Shown here: piece after piece, positions 12,861-29,058 of the stretch
Layout of the letters: each line of letters begins with the position of its first letter
How positions within the stretch are numbered: position 1 is the first letter of the stretch
DNA from: Eledone cirrhosa
Lineage: Eukaryota
Reading direction: 5' to 3'
NCBI GenBank assembly: GCA_964016885.1
Contig: OZ024740.1
Span: forward strand, 157,976,001-158,040,000
Length of the DNA: 64,000 nucleotides
Position numbers and translations under genes: made by a program
The notes under the pieces: generated by a model
Told to the model about the DNA's origin: nothing
Database searches by the model: none
The model's input: only the letters and a program-made list of their open reading frames with translations

Positions 12861-12934
12861 GAAACAGTTCTAGTCCTCTAATATATATATTAAAAATATT
12901 GAAATCCAAATTCATATATATATATATATATACA

Positions 12935-13020
<86 letters not shown>

Positions 13021-13121
13021 TGTGTGTGTTAGACATAAGTTTGGGACGAGAAAGAAAATCGGATTCAATAACTGGATCCGAACTATGTTTCTGTTGCTTT
13101 TGCAATCTCATGGTCCGACAA

Positions 13122-13187
<66 letters not shown>

Positions 13188-13280
13188 CTCCCTCTCTCTC
13201 TCCATCTCTCTCTCCCTCTCTACCTCTCTCTCTCTCTCTCTCTACCTCCCTCTCTCTCTCCATCTCTCTCTCTCTCTCTC

Positions 13281-13343
<63 letters not shown>

Positions 13344-13575
13344 CTATCTCTCTATCTCTCTATCTCTCACTCTCTCTCTACCCCTCTCTCTCTCTCAACC
13401 TCTGTATCTCTCACTTTCCTTCATTCTTTCCCTCCTACCCCAACCACCCACATTCCTATTTTATCCCTTTCTAACTCTCTCCCTCTCAACCTATTTTCAT
13501 TTTTATTTATTTATTGTCAATGTCCTAATTTTTGTCGCTATGAGAAATTAAGTTACTTAGTATAATGTCATATAT

Positions 13576-14623
<1,048 letters not shown>

Positions 14624-14642
14624 GTATATATATATATATATA

Positions 14643-15211
<569 letters not shown>

Positions 15212-15288
15212 AGATAAGTTTATCGGGGGTAACCACAGTAAGTAAGGTACTCAGTACAAAGCAGAGTATAAATATTTAATATAGAAAA

Positions 15289-15339
15289 GGCTTCTACAGG
15301 ACTAGAACTGTTTCATTTGGGAGAAATCATCAGGAAGCC
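15289..15339 (-). ncRNA. Type-I hammerhead ribozyme with a true helix III
   Basis: Minus: GGCTTC CTGATGA ttt ctccc aaat GAAA CAG ttctagtc CTG TA GAAGCC. Confidence 0.85.
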
Positions 15340-15416
15340 CACTGTCCAAGTAATATGGTGGTATTTATATCTTTTCTGGTGGTAGGAGAGGGTGGTGATT
15401 GGGATGGGTGGACGTC

Positions 15417-15774
<358 letters not shown>

Positions 15775-15822
15775 ATGTGTGTTTATATATATATATAGCC
15801 GTACGAACAGTTTCTCTGCGCC

Positions 15823-15856
<34 letters not shown>

Positions 15857-15859
<3 letters not shown>

Positions 15860-16290
15860 GATATTAATAAATGGAAACTATATTTATAAAACCATATTTA
15901 TTTCATTATACATATTTCAGGGATACCACATTAAATTATGGTATGCCTTCATCAGACAAAATACAATATATAACAGTTTTACAAATAGGTTTGACGTACC
16001 CTTTAAAATACAACCATTACTTTTGCAGACAGCCTCCAAAAGTAATGGTTGTATTTTAAAGGGTACGTCAAACCTATTTGTAAAACTGTTATATATTGTA
16101 TTTTGTCTGATGAAGGCATACCATAATTTAATGTGGTATCCCTGAAATATGTATAATGAAATAAATATGGTTTTATAAATATAGTTTCCATTTATTAATA
16201 TCGTATATCTACTCCAAAAATTTGTCGAGTGCTTTATATCAGTTATAAAAATATTTACTTGTTGTATCCCAACAATTTTAAATAGAACTT
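15857..16290. mobile_element. Fold-back PLE-derived element with near-perfect ~169-bp arms, an HHR in each arm and a one-sided tail
   Basis: 15857-16025 vs 16037-16206; plus-strand HHR 16099-16163 with stem II ATACCA/TGGTAT. Confidence 0.88.
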
Positions 16291-16294
16291 TTGC

Positions 16295-16326
<32 letters not shown>

Positions 16327-16336
16327 ACAAATATAT

Positions 16337-16457
<121 letters not shown>

Positions 16458-16672
16458 TACACACACAAACTCATGGAGATTATTTCTCCATGCAAAGAAT
16501 TGAAATAGAAAGAATTCAAATTACAAAGCCATATGTATAAAGATATGTAAAAACAGTTTACACAGAATGACAGTGGAAAATATATCAAAGTATATACCTA
16601 TATTATATATATATAGTAAGGAGTAGGACCCCGACGGCTGAGCTCAAGCCGTTTCGACAGCTAATTCTGGAC

Positions 16673-16712
<40 letters not shown>

Positions 16713-16724
16713 GTATATATATAC

Positions 16725-16772
<48 letters not shown>

Positions 16773-16941
16773 GTATGTATAGGAACGAGTAGGACCCCGA
16801 CGGCTGAGCTCAAGCCGTTTCGACGGCTAATTCTGGACTAATTACCCACTCTACTACCCTAAGTATTGAGTACTTTGGTGCGTTATGGTCCACCTGGTTC
16901 CTTACCACATTTCCTTCGTTATATGTATGTATATATATATG

Positions 16942-18951
<2,010 letters not shown>

Positions 18952-19045
18952 TATTTATTTTGCTCTACGGTTCTTATATATTTGATATATATTTATCCTT
19001 ATCGAGCCCTCTTTGGATTTTAGTCTTCAAATTTATTATTATTAC

Positions 19046-19139
<94 letters not shown>

Positions 19140-19142
<3 letters not shown>

Positions 19143-19483
19143 GAGGGCAATCCCAAAAGTATGGTCTCTTCTGATATTGCAACTTTTCCGTTAAAATCCT
19201 GTGGATGGTGCTTCGGGAAACCTCAGGAACCAAAATGCAGAAAACTTCCAGAGTGATCCGGCCTCTATATAACTGCACGAAATTCGCACTTGGCGGTAGC
19301 GTTCAACGGGAGCTCCATTCTCAATGGCTGCCAAGCCAAGATTGAGCATCCCAGCGAAGCGCGCGCATGCTTGTTTGCGAGTGAAGGAAGCACCAATCAC
19401 AACAGTGTTGCCAACAGCCGTACGAACAGTTTCTCTGCGTCCTCATCGCTTTTTGAGACCTTACTTTTGGGATTACCCTCGTA
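19140..19483 (-). mobile_element. mariner-derived MITE / internal deletion derivative
   Basis: TIR TACGAGGG(C/T)AATCCCAAAAGTAnGGTCTC at both ends, TA target; internal [17 protein letters not shown] resembles a mariner HTH. Confidence 0.85.
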
Positions 19484-19735
19484 CATATATATTGAGTGTC
19501 TGCAGTATAAAGACGCGGAAGACCACCAATCACAGTAATACTCGATGAATGACGGGATACATATATTCATTACCCAGACATAGATCAATGTTGTAAAAAT
19601 ATGCATATTACATTATACACACATATATCGCCTTCAACGTAACTGATTTTTGTTTTAGTGCAATTTTGTAAACATCTGTAAGCTACTTAGGGAAGCCTAA
19701 AATATGAGAAAATTCCTCCCACCATATAATCTATA

Positions 19736-20062
19736 CAGTTGTCCCCCAGTATTCGCGGGTGTTACGTACCTAGACCACCAGCGAAGAGTGAAAAAACCGC
19801 GATTAATGGACGTGGTCCATAAAAATGCTTATAAACGTCAAAATATAACGTAAAATATAGGCCGGCAAATAAGATATATTGTTATTAGTAATTTAACCTT
19901 TCAAAGCGTGAAAAAATATATATTGCCACGAAAATAGCCATAAAAAATCGCGGAAGATATTTACGATTCCGCGAATAAGCGGTGGTTTCTACGAACAATT
20001 ATTAGTTTGATTCTAAAGAAAATTCTGCGAATAACCGGGACTGCAAATGCCGGGGTACACTA
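19736..20062. mobile_element. pogo/Tigger-like MITE
   Basis: TA-CAGTTGTCCCCCAGTATTCGCGG left end; repeated CGCGAATA motifs; GCCGGGGTACACTATA right end. Confidence 0.6.
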
Positions 20063-20214
20063 TACATTCAAAAGTGTCCCATATTCAGAAGCAAAAATGA
20101 ATAATTAAATTCAGAACGAGACCATATATATATAAATATAGTTTTACGTAGCCGATACGCTTCGAACCTATGCAGGGAGACGCCACTGGATTACTGTGTA
20201 TATAAATATATATA

Positions 20215-20400
20215 TTGTTATACTTTGGGAGGGTCATGTTGCCAATAAGAAACACACGCACCAGTTGCTTTCACTTCAATTTATTATAAATTAAATTTAT
20301 AAATTTATAAATTTCCGGTTGGTTGGTTGGGACGATTTGGACGATTTTTCATATATTGTCAAAGTTCTTTCGTCACACATTCTGTGACCTCTTCAGAAAC
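20215..20400 (-). ncRNA. PLE-like terminal fragment with HHR-like motif (~20360-20400)
   Basis: Minus: CTGAAGA g GTCAC agaatgt GTGAC GAAA gaacttt; related to 55098-55330. Confidence 0.55.
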
Positions 20401-20520
20401 TAAATATATATATATACATACATACATACATTCAGAAACTAAATATATATACATACATACATACATACATACATACATACATACATACATACATACATAC
20501 ATACATACATACATAAATAC

Positions 20521-20579
<59 letters not shown>

Positions 20580-20582
<3 letters not shown>

Positions 20583-20742
20583 CAAGGCTCTGATACCATC
20601 AACACTATAAACACAGAGCTGGCATATCTAAGAACTGACTAACTGCCTGATGAGGTCATAGCCATTCAATGGCTATCATCGAAATATATATAGCAGTAAA
20701 TAAAGGATTATGAGTTCATGCTATTGACTTATGTTTCGTCAC
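20580..20742 (+). ncRNA. Short TA-flanked element with intact type-I hammerhead (20642-20697)
   Basis: ACTGC CTGATGA ggtc ATAGCCAT tca ATGGCTAT catc GAAA TATATA TA GCAGT. Confidence 0.88.
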
Positions 20743-20800
20743 TATATATATATATATATATCTGGGAGACGCCACTGGATTACTGTGTATATAAATATAT

Positions 20801-20835
<35 letters not shown>

Positions 20836-20948
20836 AAGAAAGTGTGGTAAGGAACCAGGTGAACTATAACGCACCAGAGTACTCGATAGAGGGTAGTAGA
20901 GTGGGTAATAGGAAAAGAGTCAGGACAGGGGTCTTGACTCTTTTCCTA

Positions 20949-20979
<31 letters not shown>

Positions 20980-21038
20980 GCATATGTATCTACATCTCTC
21001 TCTCTCTTTCTCTCTCTCTACACACACACATATATATA

Positions 21039-21097
<59 letters not shown>

Positions 21098-21533
21098 ATG
21101 TGTGTGGGGGTGCGGTGGGGGTGGGGGGTAGGGATAAACGAAAAGATACAGAAACAAAGATGAGATGCAGTCAGTGTATATATGTGTGTGTGTGTGCGCG
21201 TGCGTCTGTGTCTGCGAATTCATAGAAAAATCAATATGCATAGCCAGGCATAAACGCAGATAAAGATAATAACTTACGTACTTGCACACGTATAAGCACA
21301 CTCACATAGACATACACACATACACACATACAGGAGTAACAGTTCATTGAAAAACCTTTGATCAGGAATATTATGGCATTGTGCATATTGATACATATCG
21401 GGTGTTTCTGTGTATTGGGTGGGGCTGGGGTGCGTTTGAGGGTATCTATGGTGACGTCTCTAAATAGTTAAGATGTTCGTTTCGATTTCGATTTCACGGT
21501 ACTACTAGGGTTAGTATAGTTTACCATTGCATC

Positions 21534-21730
21534 GCTTGAACCCAAGCTTGAGCATTAAGTTTGAACCTAATCTTGAACCCAAGCTTGAACCCAAGCTTGA
21601 ACCCTAGCTTGAACCCAAGCTTGAACCCTAGCTTGAACCCAAGCTTGAGCATTAAGTTTGAACCTAATCTTGAACCCAAGCTTGAACCCAAGCTTGAACC
21701 CTAGCTTGAACCCAAGCTTGAACCCAACTT
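21534..21730. repeat. 12-bp minisatellite (CTTGAACCCAAG) with a ~96-bp higher-order repeat
   Basis: About 16 units; variant block GCTTGAGCATTAAGTTTGAACCTAAT recurs 96 bp apart. Confidence 0.9.
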
Positions 21731-22097
21731 GGTAGACGAAAGTTATGAGAAAGCTTGTCTGATGGAATGTAACTGTGAGTCAAATAGTCAGCCTTATTTT
21801 ATTCACAGCCTGAGAATTACGCTAGAAATACGTGTTTCTGTGGAAACTCAACCACGTAAAATTATAAGTTCAGTCGAGTGGAGAACTGGAATATTTATGT
21901 GAAATCCGACATAAAATCTATGTACTTGCCTTATAAATATGTACGTACATATGTGTTATGTCCTTATGGATAAACTAATACACTGCAACAGTGTAATAAC
22001 AATATAATCGAAACAAACGGCAATAACCACATGTAACGGAACACAATCTTTTAAGAACCAACGATCGAACACACTAACTCGAACTGTGAACTTGAAC

Positions 22098-22193
<96 letters not shown>

Positions 22194-22325
22194 CTACGCG
22201 CTCAAAGCCCACCGAGGTCAATATGGCATTTCACTCTTGTGTGTTTGGTAAATAAAGTACCAGGAAAATACTGGCGTAATTTCTTCCTCTCTTTTTTTAT
22301 CGCTCCTTTGTTCTGTCTCTCCCTA

Positions 22326-22415
<90 letters not shown>

Positions 22416-22448
22416 CCTACCTACCAACCTATCTACCTACCTATATAT

Positions 22449-24243
22449 CGACCTGCTCGAGCGTCAAGGTGAACGGCTTCCTATCGCAGCCGTTCGCAAT
22501 CACTCGTTCCATTCGACAGGGGTGCCCTCTCTCCTCCATTCTGTATGTATTGACTCTAGAGCCACTACTGCGGAAATTGGAGCTGTTGCAGGGCATCCCT
22601 CTAGAACCGGGACTGCGCAAAGCGGCGTCGGCTTATGCCGACGACGTGACGGTAATGGTGTCGAGCACCTCGGAAATCAGGGTGATCGGAAACTTACTGA
22701 AAGGATACGAAACGCTGACGGGAGCAAAACTAAACCCGGACAAGTCTGTCGGTTTGCAACTCAGTACGTGGAGAGGCAAACCAATGACGTCCGACAGCGT
22801 CGTTGGACGCTGGACGGACGGACCGGTGAAATTGCTCGGGGTCTGGTTCGGTCCAGACCTCCAGGTGGAGAAAAACTGGAACGAGGTGAAGGCCAAGGTG
22901 TTTGCACTCACCCAGAAGTGGGCAGAGTGCAAACTGTCCTTGAAAGGTCGAGCGGAAGTGGCGAACACTTTCATAGCGTCCGTCATCTACTACCGCTTGA
23001 CTGTTGTGCCTTGTCCCCGTGAACACCTCGCCAAGATGGAACGCATGCTCTTCCAGTTTCTGTGGAAGAAGCAGGCTCCGCTGGTGAGGAGATCCATCTG
23101 CTGTCAGCACCCTTCCAACGGAGGGCTGGGAATGCCGTGGCTGATGATGCGCAAACATGCGCTGAGGCTGCGGCATCTCCAGGTATTCCTCACCGACCCC
23201 CAACCGGTGTGGGCACCGTTTGTGAGACAGGCTTTCCTATAACTCGTCTCGCTGACGGAGCTGCAGTCCTGGGTTAAGAAAAGACCGAAACATTGAATGC
23301 GCTCAGTCGCTCACAGTCCTCTGGCAAGCGGGCGCAGCAATCAGTGGAGACTCCACTTCGACATTCTATAGAGGGATTGTACGTTACAAGGGCGACGACG
23401 TGCTCGGAGAGACTCTGGGCGTCGAAGACGATGAGCTCACCAGTCTGTTTGGTAGGACTTTCCGCTCGGGACCTATGGACAACTTCCAGAGGTCCCTGGC
23501 CTGGCAGTGCTACAGAGGAGCTCTACCGGTTCGTGACACTTTTCTACAGGCACGGACGTCCCGGCAGGGATCCTTCCAAGAGGACGTGTCCAAGATGCGC
23601 GCAGGACATTGAAACAGTCCTGCACGCAATTGTACACTGCCCGGGCGTAACCGACCTGTGGAACTATGCAGAACAACTGCTGTCGCATATGGGACAAATC
23701 CAGTTGACTGCCGAGTCCATAGTAAGTATCAAACCGCCAGCCTCTTTCAAAAGCGAAAGAGAGGCGGTTTTCCTCTGTACGGTGGCTATGGTGAAAGAAG
23801 TTATATGGTGGACGAGGTTCAGAGGACTGAGGACAGATGCCTTTCTCTCCGGACAACAATTGATTCCCGTCTTTAAGTATCACTTTACAAGGAGAATCAG
23901 GGTGGAGGGAGAGACACTGCACCCCAGTAAATTTACTGAAAGGTGGGTGAATGAAGCGAAAATGGCCCGAGTGATTGGGCCTTCTCTGTTTATAAGCCTG
24001 TAGGTTGAAGAAGAGAGCAAAAGGAAGAAACGAGCACTTGCACAACACGCTCCTGGAGTTGAGGGTTGTTCTATCGACGGGGTATTAAACAACCCATTTG
24101 TGGCGCCTCCCTCCTATTGTGGATTTCGATTGTTGTAATTATTTGTTTTTATATATTTTACACGACTGTATGTAAAATCCCCGGTATGTCTTTGTATTGT
24201 CCCCTTTTCTTGTGCGTCCTTGTAGCTAATAAAGAAATATATC
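22449..24243 (+). mobile_element. 5'-truncated Tx1/L1-like LINE (ORF2 RT + zf-RVT), copy 1, in (TCTA)n
   Basis: RSIRQGCPLS, AYADDVT, KLLGVWF, GGLG, CPRC..E..HAIVHC; AATAAA then (ATCT)n. Confidence 0.92.
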
Positions 24244-24321
24244 TTTCAATCTATCTACCTACCTACCTAACTACCTACCTACCAACCAACCTATGTACCT
24301 ACCTATCTACCTATCTATCTA

Positions 24322-26418
24322 TACTGAAGATTTTGGCCAAGGTGTTGGCCAAGAGGCTGGCGCTTGTCATCGAAAACCTGCTGAGAGAAGCGCAGACATG
24401 CGCATTCCCGACCAGGTCCATACACGACAACCTCCACCTCATGCGATACATCATAGAGAGGGGGGGTGTAAACCCGGCTTCGGTGGAGCCCTGATCAACT
24501 TGGATCAGTCTAAGGCTTTCGATAGGGTTGACCATCGTTACCTGGATGCGGTGCTCGAGGCGGCAGGCTTCGGACCCGTGTTCAGGGGCTGGATTGCTGC
24601 AATGCACAGCAGCAACATCTGCTCAAGGGTCAAGGTGAACGGCTACTTCTTGGAGCCGTTCCATATCACGCGATCCATCCGACAGGGGTGCCCTCTCTCC
24701 TCCCTTCTGTACGTACTGACTATCGAGCCACTACTGCGGAAGTTGGAGCTATTGCAGGGCATCTCGTTGGAACCGGGACTGCGAAAAGCGACGTCGGCCT
24801 ACGCCGACTTCGTGACAGTAATGGTGTCGAGCACCTCGCAAATCGGGGAGTCGGCACCTTACTGGAGGAATACGAAAGGTTCACAGAAGCGAAGCTGAAC
24901 CGGGAAAAATCCGTCGGTTTGCAACTCGGAACGTGGAGAGGCAAACCGATGCCTTCCGATGGCGACGTCGGACGCTGGACGGAAGGACCGGTAAAGCTGC
25001 TCGGGGTCTGGCTTGGTCCGGACCTCCAGGTGGAGAAGAACTGGAACGAGGTGACGGCCAAGGTGTTTGCACTCACCCAGAAGTGGGCCGAGTGCAAACT
25101 ATCCTTGAAAGGTCGAGCGGAGGTGGCGAACACTTTTATAGCGTCCGTCATATACTACCGCTTGACCGTCGTGCCTTGTCCAGCCAAAACGCTAACCAAA
25201 ATGGAGCGCGCACTTCCAATTCCTTTGGAAGAAACGGGCTCCTTTGGTGAGAAGATCCATCTGCTGCCAACACCCTTCAAACGGAGGGCTGGGGTTGCCG
25301 TGGCTGACGATGCGCAAACACGCGCTCAGGATGCGGCACCTCCACGTATTCCTCACCAGACAAACGGCGTGGGCCCCATTCGTGAGGCGAGCCTTCCCAT
25401 GACTCGTCTCGCTGACCGAGCTGCAGTCCTGGGTCAAGCAAAGACCGAGGAAAATGGGCGACTGGCACATCGAATGTGCCCAGGCGCTCACAGTCCTCTG
25501 TCAAACGGACCCGGCGATCAGTGGAGACTCCACTTCGACATTCTATAGAGGGTTGGTCCGCAGCAAGTGCGACGACACGCTAGGAGAAACTCTAGGTGTA
25601 GAGGAGGACGAACTGGCCAGTCTGTTCGGTAGGACCTTCCGCCCGGGACCAATGGACAACTTCGAAAAGTCCCTGGCCTGGCAGTGCTACCGAGGAACTC
25701 TATCAGTTCGAGACAAGCTCTACAGACACGGGCGCCCAGGTAGAGACCCTTCGAAAAAGATCTGTCCGAGACGTGTGCGCGACGAGGAAACCGTCGTGCA
25801 CGCATTTGTACACTGCCTGGGCGTTACCGACCTGTGGAGCTATGTAGAACGACTATTGTCGCGGGCGGGACCAATCCGGTGACCACCGAGTCCATTGTCA
25901 TGATCAAACCGCCACCCTCCTTCAAAAACGAGGGAGAGGCGGTTTTCCTATGTGTTATGGCTATGGTGAAAGAGGTTATATGGTGGACGAGGTTAAAAGG
26001 GCTGAGGTCAGACACCTTTCTCTCCGGCGAGCAACTGATTCGTTTTTTCAAATATCATTTTGGAAGAAGAATCAGGATGGAGAGAGAGGTGCTGTACCCC
26101 AGCAAATTTTATAAAAGGTGGGTGAATGTGGCAAAGATGGCCCGAGTGGTTGGGCCTTCTCTCTATATAAGCCTGTAGGTTGAGGAAAAGGAGGAAGAGA
26201 GGAAGGGAGCACACACTCTTGGTGCTCCTGGAGATGAGGGTTGTACATTTTTTCGGGGTGTGTACAACCCCTGTGTAACGCCTCCCCCTATTGGGGATAT
26301 AAATTGTTATTTGTTATTTTATTAATAGTTTTATTTTCATATACCTGTATGTAAACTCCCCATTTGTATTTGTCCCCTTCTTTTGTACCCTTGTGGCTAA
26401 TAAAGAAATTTATCTATT
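24322..26418 (+). mobile_element. 5'-truncated Tx1/L1-like LINE, copy 2, in (TCTA)n
   Basis: KILAKVLAKRL, LDQSKAFDRVDH, RQGCPLS; frameshifted; same 3' end. Confidence 0.92.
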
Positions 26419-26419
26419 C

Positions 26420-26590
26420 TGAAGTTGAGGGTTGTTCTATCGACGGGGTATTAAACAACCCATTTGTGGCGCTTCCCCCTTATTGGGGATTTCGATTGTT
26501 ATAATTGTTTGTTTCAATATTTGTACACGGCATGTGTCTTTGTATTGTTCCCTTTTCTTGTGCGCCCTTGTGGCAAATAAAGAAATATAA
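26420..26590 (+). mobile_element. Extra 3'UTR-only copy of the Tx1-like LINE
   Basis: Near identical to 24057-24240, ends AATAAAGAAATAT. Confidence 0.85.
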
Positions 26591-26592
26591 CT

Positions 26593-26862
26593 AGTTAACT
26601 TTGCCTTTCATCCTTACGGGGTTGATAAAATAAAGTACCAGTAATGCACTGGATAATTGCTGGCCTTGTGCCTAAAGTAGAAACAATTATCTCTTAGGGT
26701 CGGACGTCATGCTTTGGCGCATAGAGTTACGGCCCTTTCCATTCTGAGTTCAAATCCCGCCGAGGTCAACTTTGCCTTTCATCCTTACGGGGTGGATAAA
26801 ATAAAGTACCAGTAATGTACTGGTATTTGCTGGCCTTGTGCCAAAAGTAGAAACAATTATCT
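26593..26862 (+). mobile_element. Two tandem tRNA-SINE fragments
   Basis: GCCTTTCATCCTTACGGGG core twice, each ending AAAGTAGAAACAATTAT. Confidence 0.85.
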
Positions 26863-27612
26863 CTTTATCGCTGAGTGAAATCAGTTGTTTTCTTACCTGG
26901 AGAGAGATGGGTTCCACCAGTTTTAAAATGTTCCCAAATTCGCTGCATGGCAGGACAGTACCCCTCCAACTCCATCAGAAGTTATGAGCCGATGGCATGG
27001 ATTGCCTCTATGGTGTGTCTTTCATTTCAAATACGTATGTACAACCATCTCGCTGACTCTGTCTATTTGTTTCTTCTGTGAGCGTATTTAAGTGTGTATG
27101 CGTGTTAGGTCTTCATTTGTAAAATATCTGTGTTGTCTTTTATTTCACGTTTCTCTTCATTAACTATCCTAATGATATTTTTATTTTTAAGCAATAAATA
27201 CGTTATTGAAATCATGCCAATGAACCTGACTTTCTTTATTTTTTCTATCTCGTAGATTTAACGAAAGTATTTCTTCGTGCAAAGAGTTTAGGAACGGGCT
27301 CAATAAAATAGAAAGAATTTAAACTTCACATAAATAATACTTGACTCCTCGATTTTCTTCCTCGTTAATCAACGTATTTCATTTAAATCAATTACAATGA
27401 TTTTCTTCCACATTTATTTAATGATTATCAAAACATATATCTACTAATTTAGGAGGACTTTACTCTACCATATCTTTCTGTAAATATATATATATATATA
27501 TATATATACGTTGGTAGAAATCCGTAGATAGATCAAGGAAAACTGCTCGATCTGACGATCCTGAAACCATTGGTAGCTGATACATGTTGAGTGTATGAAA
27601 CTTTGTTTACAC

Positions 27613-27717
<105 letters not shown>

Positions 27718-27896
27718 GTGTATGACCTCTAAACCTCTTGTCAAAATTGTGTGAGAGTGAGAGGTAAGGAGGAAGGTATGAAATTGCCATTTCCATATGA
27801 AAGCAAAAATTGGTTGTCACATGACCTTGTATTTTCTTATGAAGATATATAGTTGCCATTGTTACAAATTATTATTATTGTTGTTGTTGTTGTTAA

Positions 27897-28700
27897 GTGG
27901 GGTGGATTGGCAGAATCGGTAGAGAGCCGGACAACATGCTTTGTAGCATAGAGTTACGTCCCTTGCCATTCTGAGTTCAAATCCCGCCGAGGTTAACTTT
28001 GCCTTTCATCCTTACGGGGTCGATAAAATAAAGTACCAGTAATCCACAGGAGAAATTGCTGGCCATGTGCCAAAACTAGAAACAATTATTATTGTTGCTG
28101 TTGTTATTGTTGTTAATTTGCAGAATTGTTGCATCGTCTGACAAAGGAATATGTAACATAAACTTATGTCCATTTATATTCTGAGTTCAAATCCCGCTGA
28201 AATTTTATTTGTGTTTCATCCGCCGGGGGTCGACTAAATAAACAGCCAGTCAAATACCAGTGTCGGTATATTCTATCATTACTTTCTTTCAAATCTTGGG
28301 GCGGTGGATTGGCAGTATCGGTAGAGAGTCGGACGCCATGCTTTCCAGCATAGTTACGTCCCTTTACGATCTGAGTTCAAATCCCGCCGAGGTTAACTTT
28401 GCCTTTCATCCTTACGGGGTCGATAAAATAAAGTACCAGTAATGTACTGGATAATTGCTGGCCAAAAGTAGAAACAATTACTTTCTTTCAAATCTATGAC
28501 CTTGTGTTGACGTTAGAAATTAATATTCAATTACGTTGTCTTATGTTCTGAATTCAAATCCCACCGAGGTCGACTTTACTTTTAATTTTTATGCGGTGTC
28601 GATAAAGTAAGTACCAGTCATGTATTGGTGTCAATTTAAACAACTATAATTCTCCTCCAAAATTATGAGGCCATGTGCTAAATTTAGAAAATTTCATTAT
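27897..28700 (+). mobile_element. Cluster of four same-orientation tRNA-SINEs (two near full length, two diverged)
   Basis: Heads GGTGGATTGGCAG at ~27901 and ~28303; B-boxes at ~27973, ~28183, ~28373, ~28550. Confidence 0.85.
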
Positions 28701-28765
28701 GTTAATAGTTTCTTGTTCCAAATTATTTCTCTATATTTTTTTTTTGCTTTTATATAATAGGGTTT

Positions 28766-28825
<60 letters not shown>

Positions 28826-29058
28826 TTTGTTATATTCTTACTTGCTGTTCCTGTTGATGTCGTTGTTATTGTTGTTGTTGTTCACCCGGAGAAAAGCACG
28901 TGAATGTAAAGGCAGTCATATGACTGAAGTCACGAGCTAAAATGGTTGATATGTAGGTCATTGCTGAGGAAAATCGATAATTGAACTGGCATCAGAGCAC
29001 TTGTTTTTAGCTTACTGGTTCTGGTTCTTGCAACTGGTGCCGCTTTAAATTGGTAATG

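Noticed and set aside
21534-21730. Short regular repeats (also 58670-58833 and 45605-45935) as CRISPR-like arrays
   Set aside because: No unique spacers, eukaryotic context, no cas genes; they are minisatellites.
27897-27990. tRNA gene
   Set aside because: A/B-box-like head runs into a SINE body repeated more than 10 times; no complete cloverleaf.
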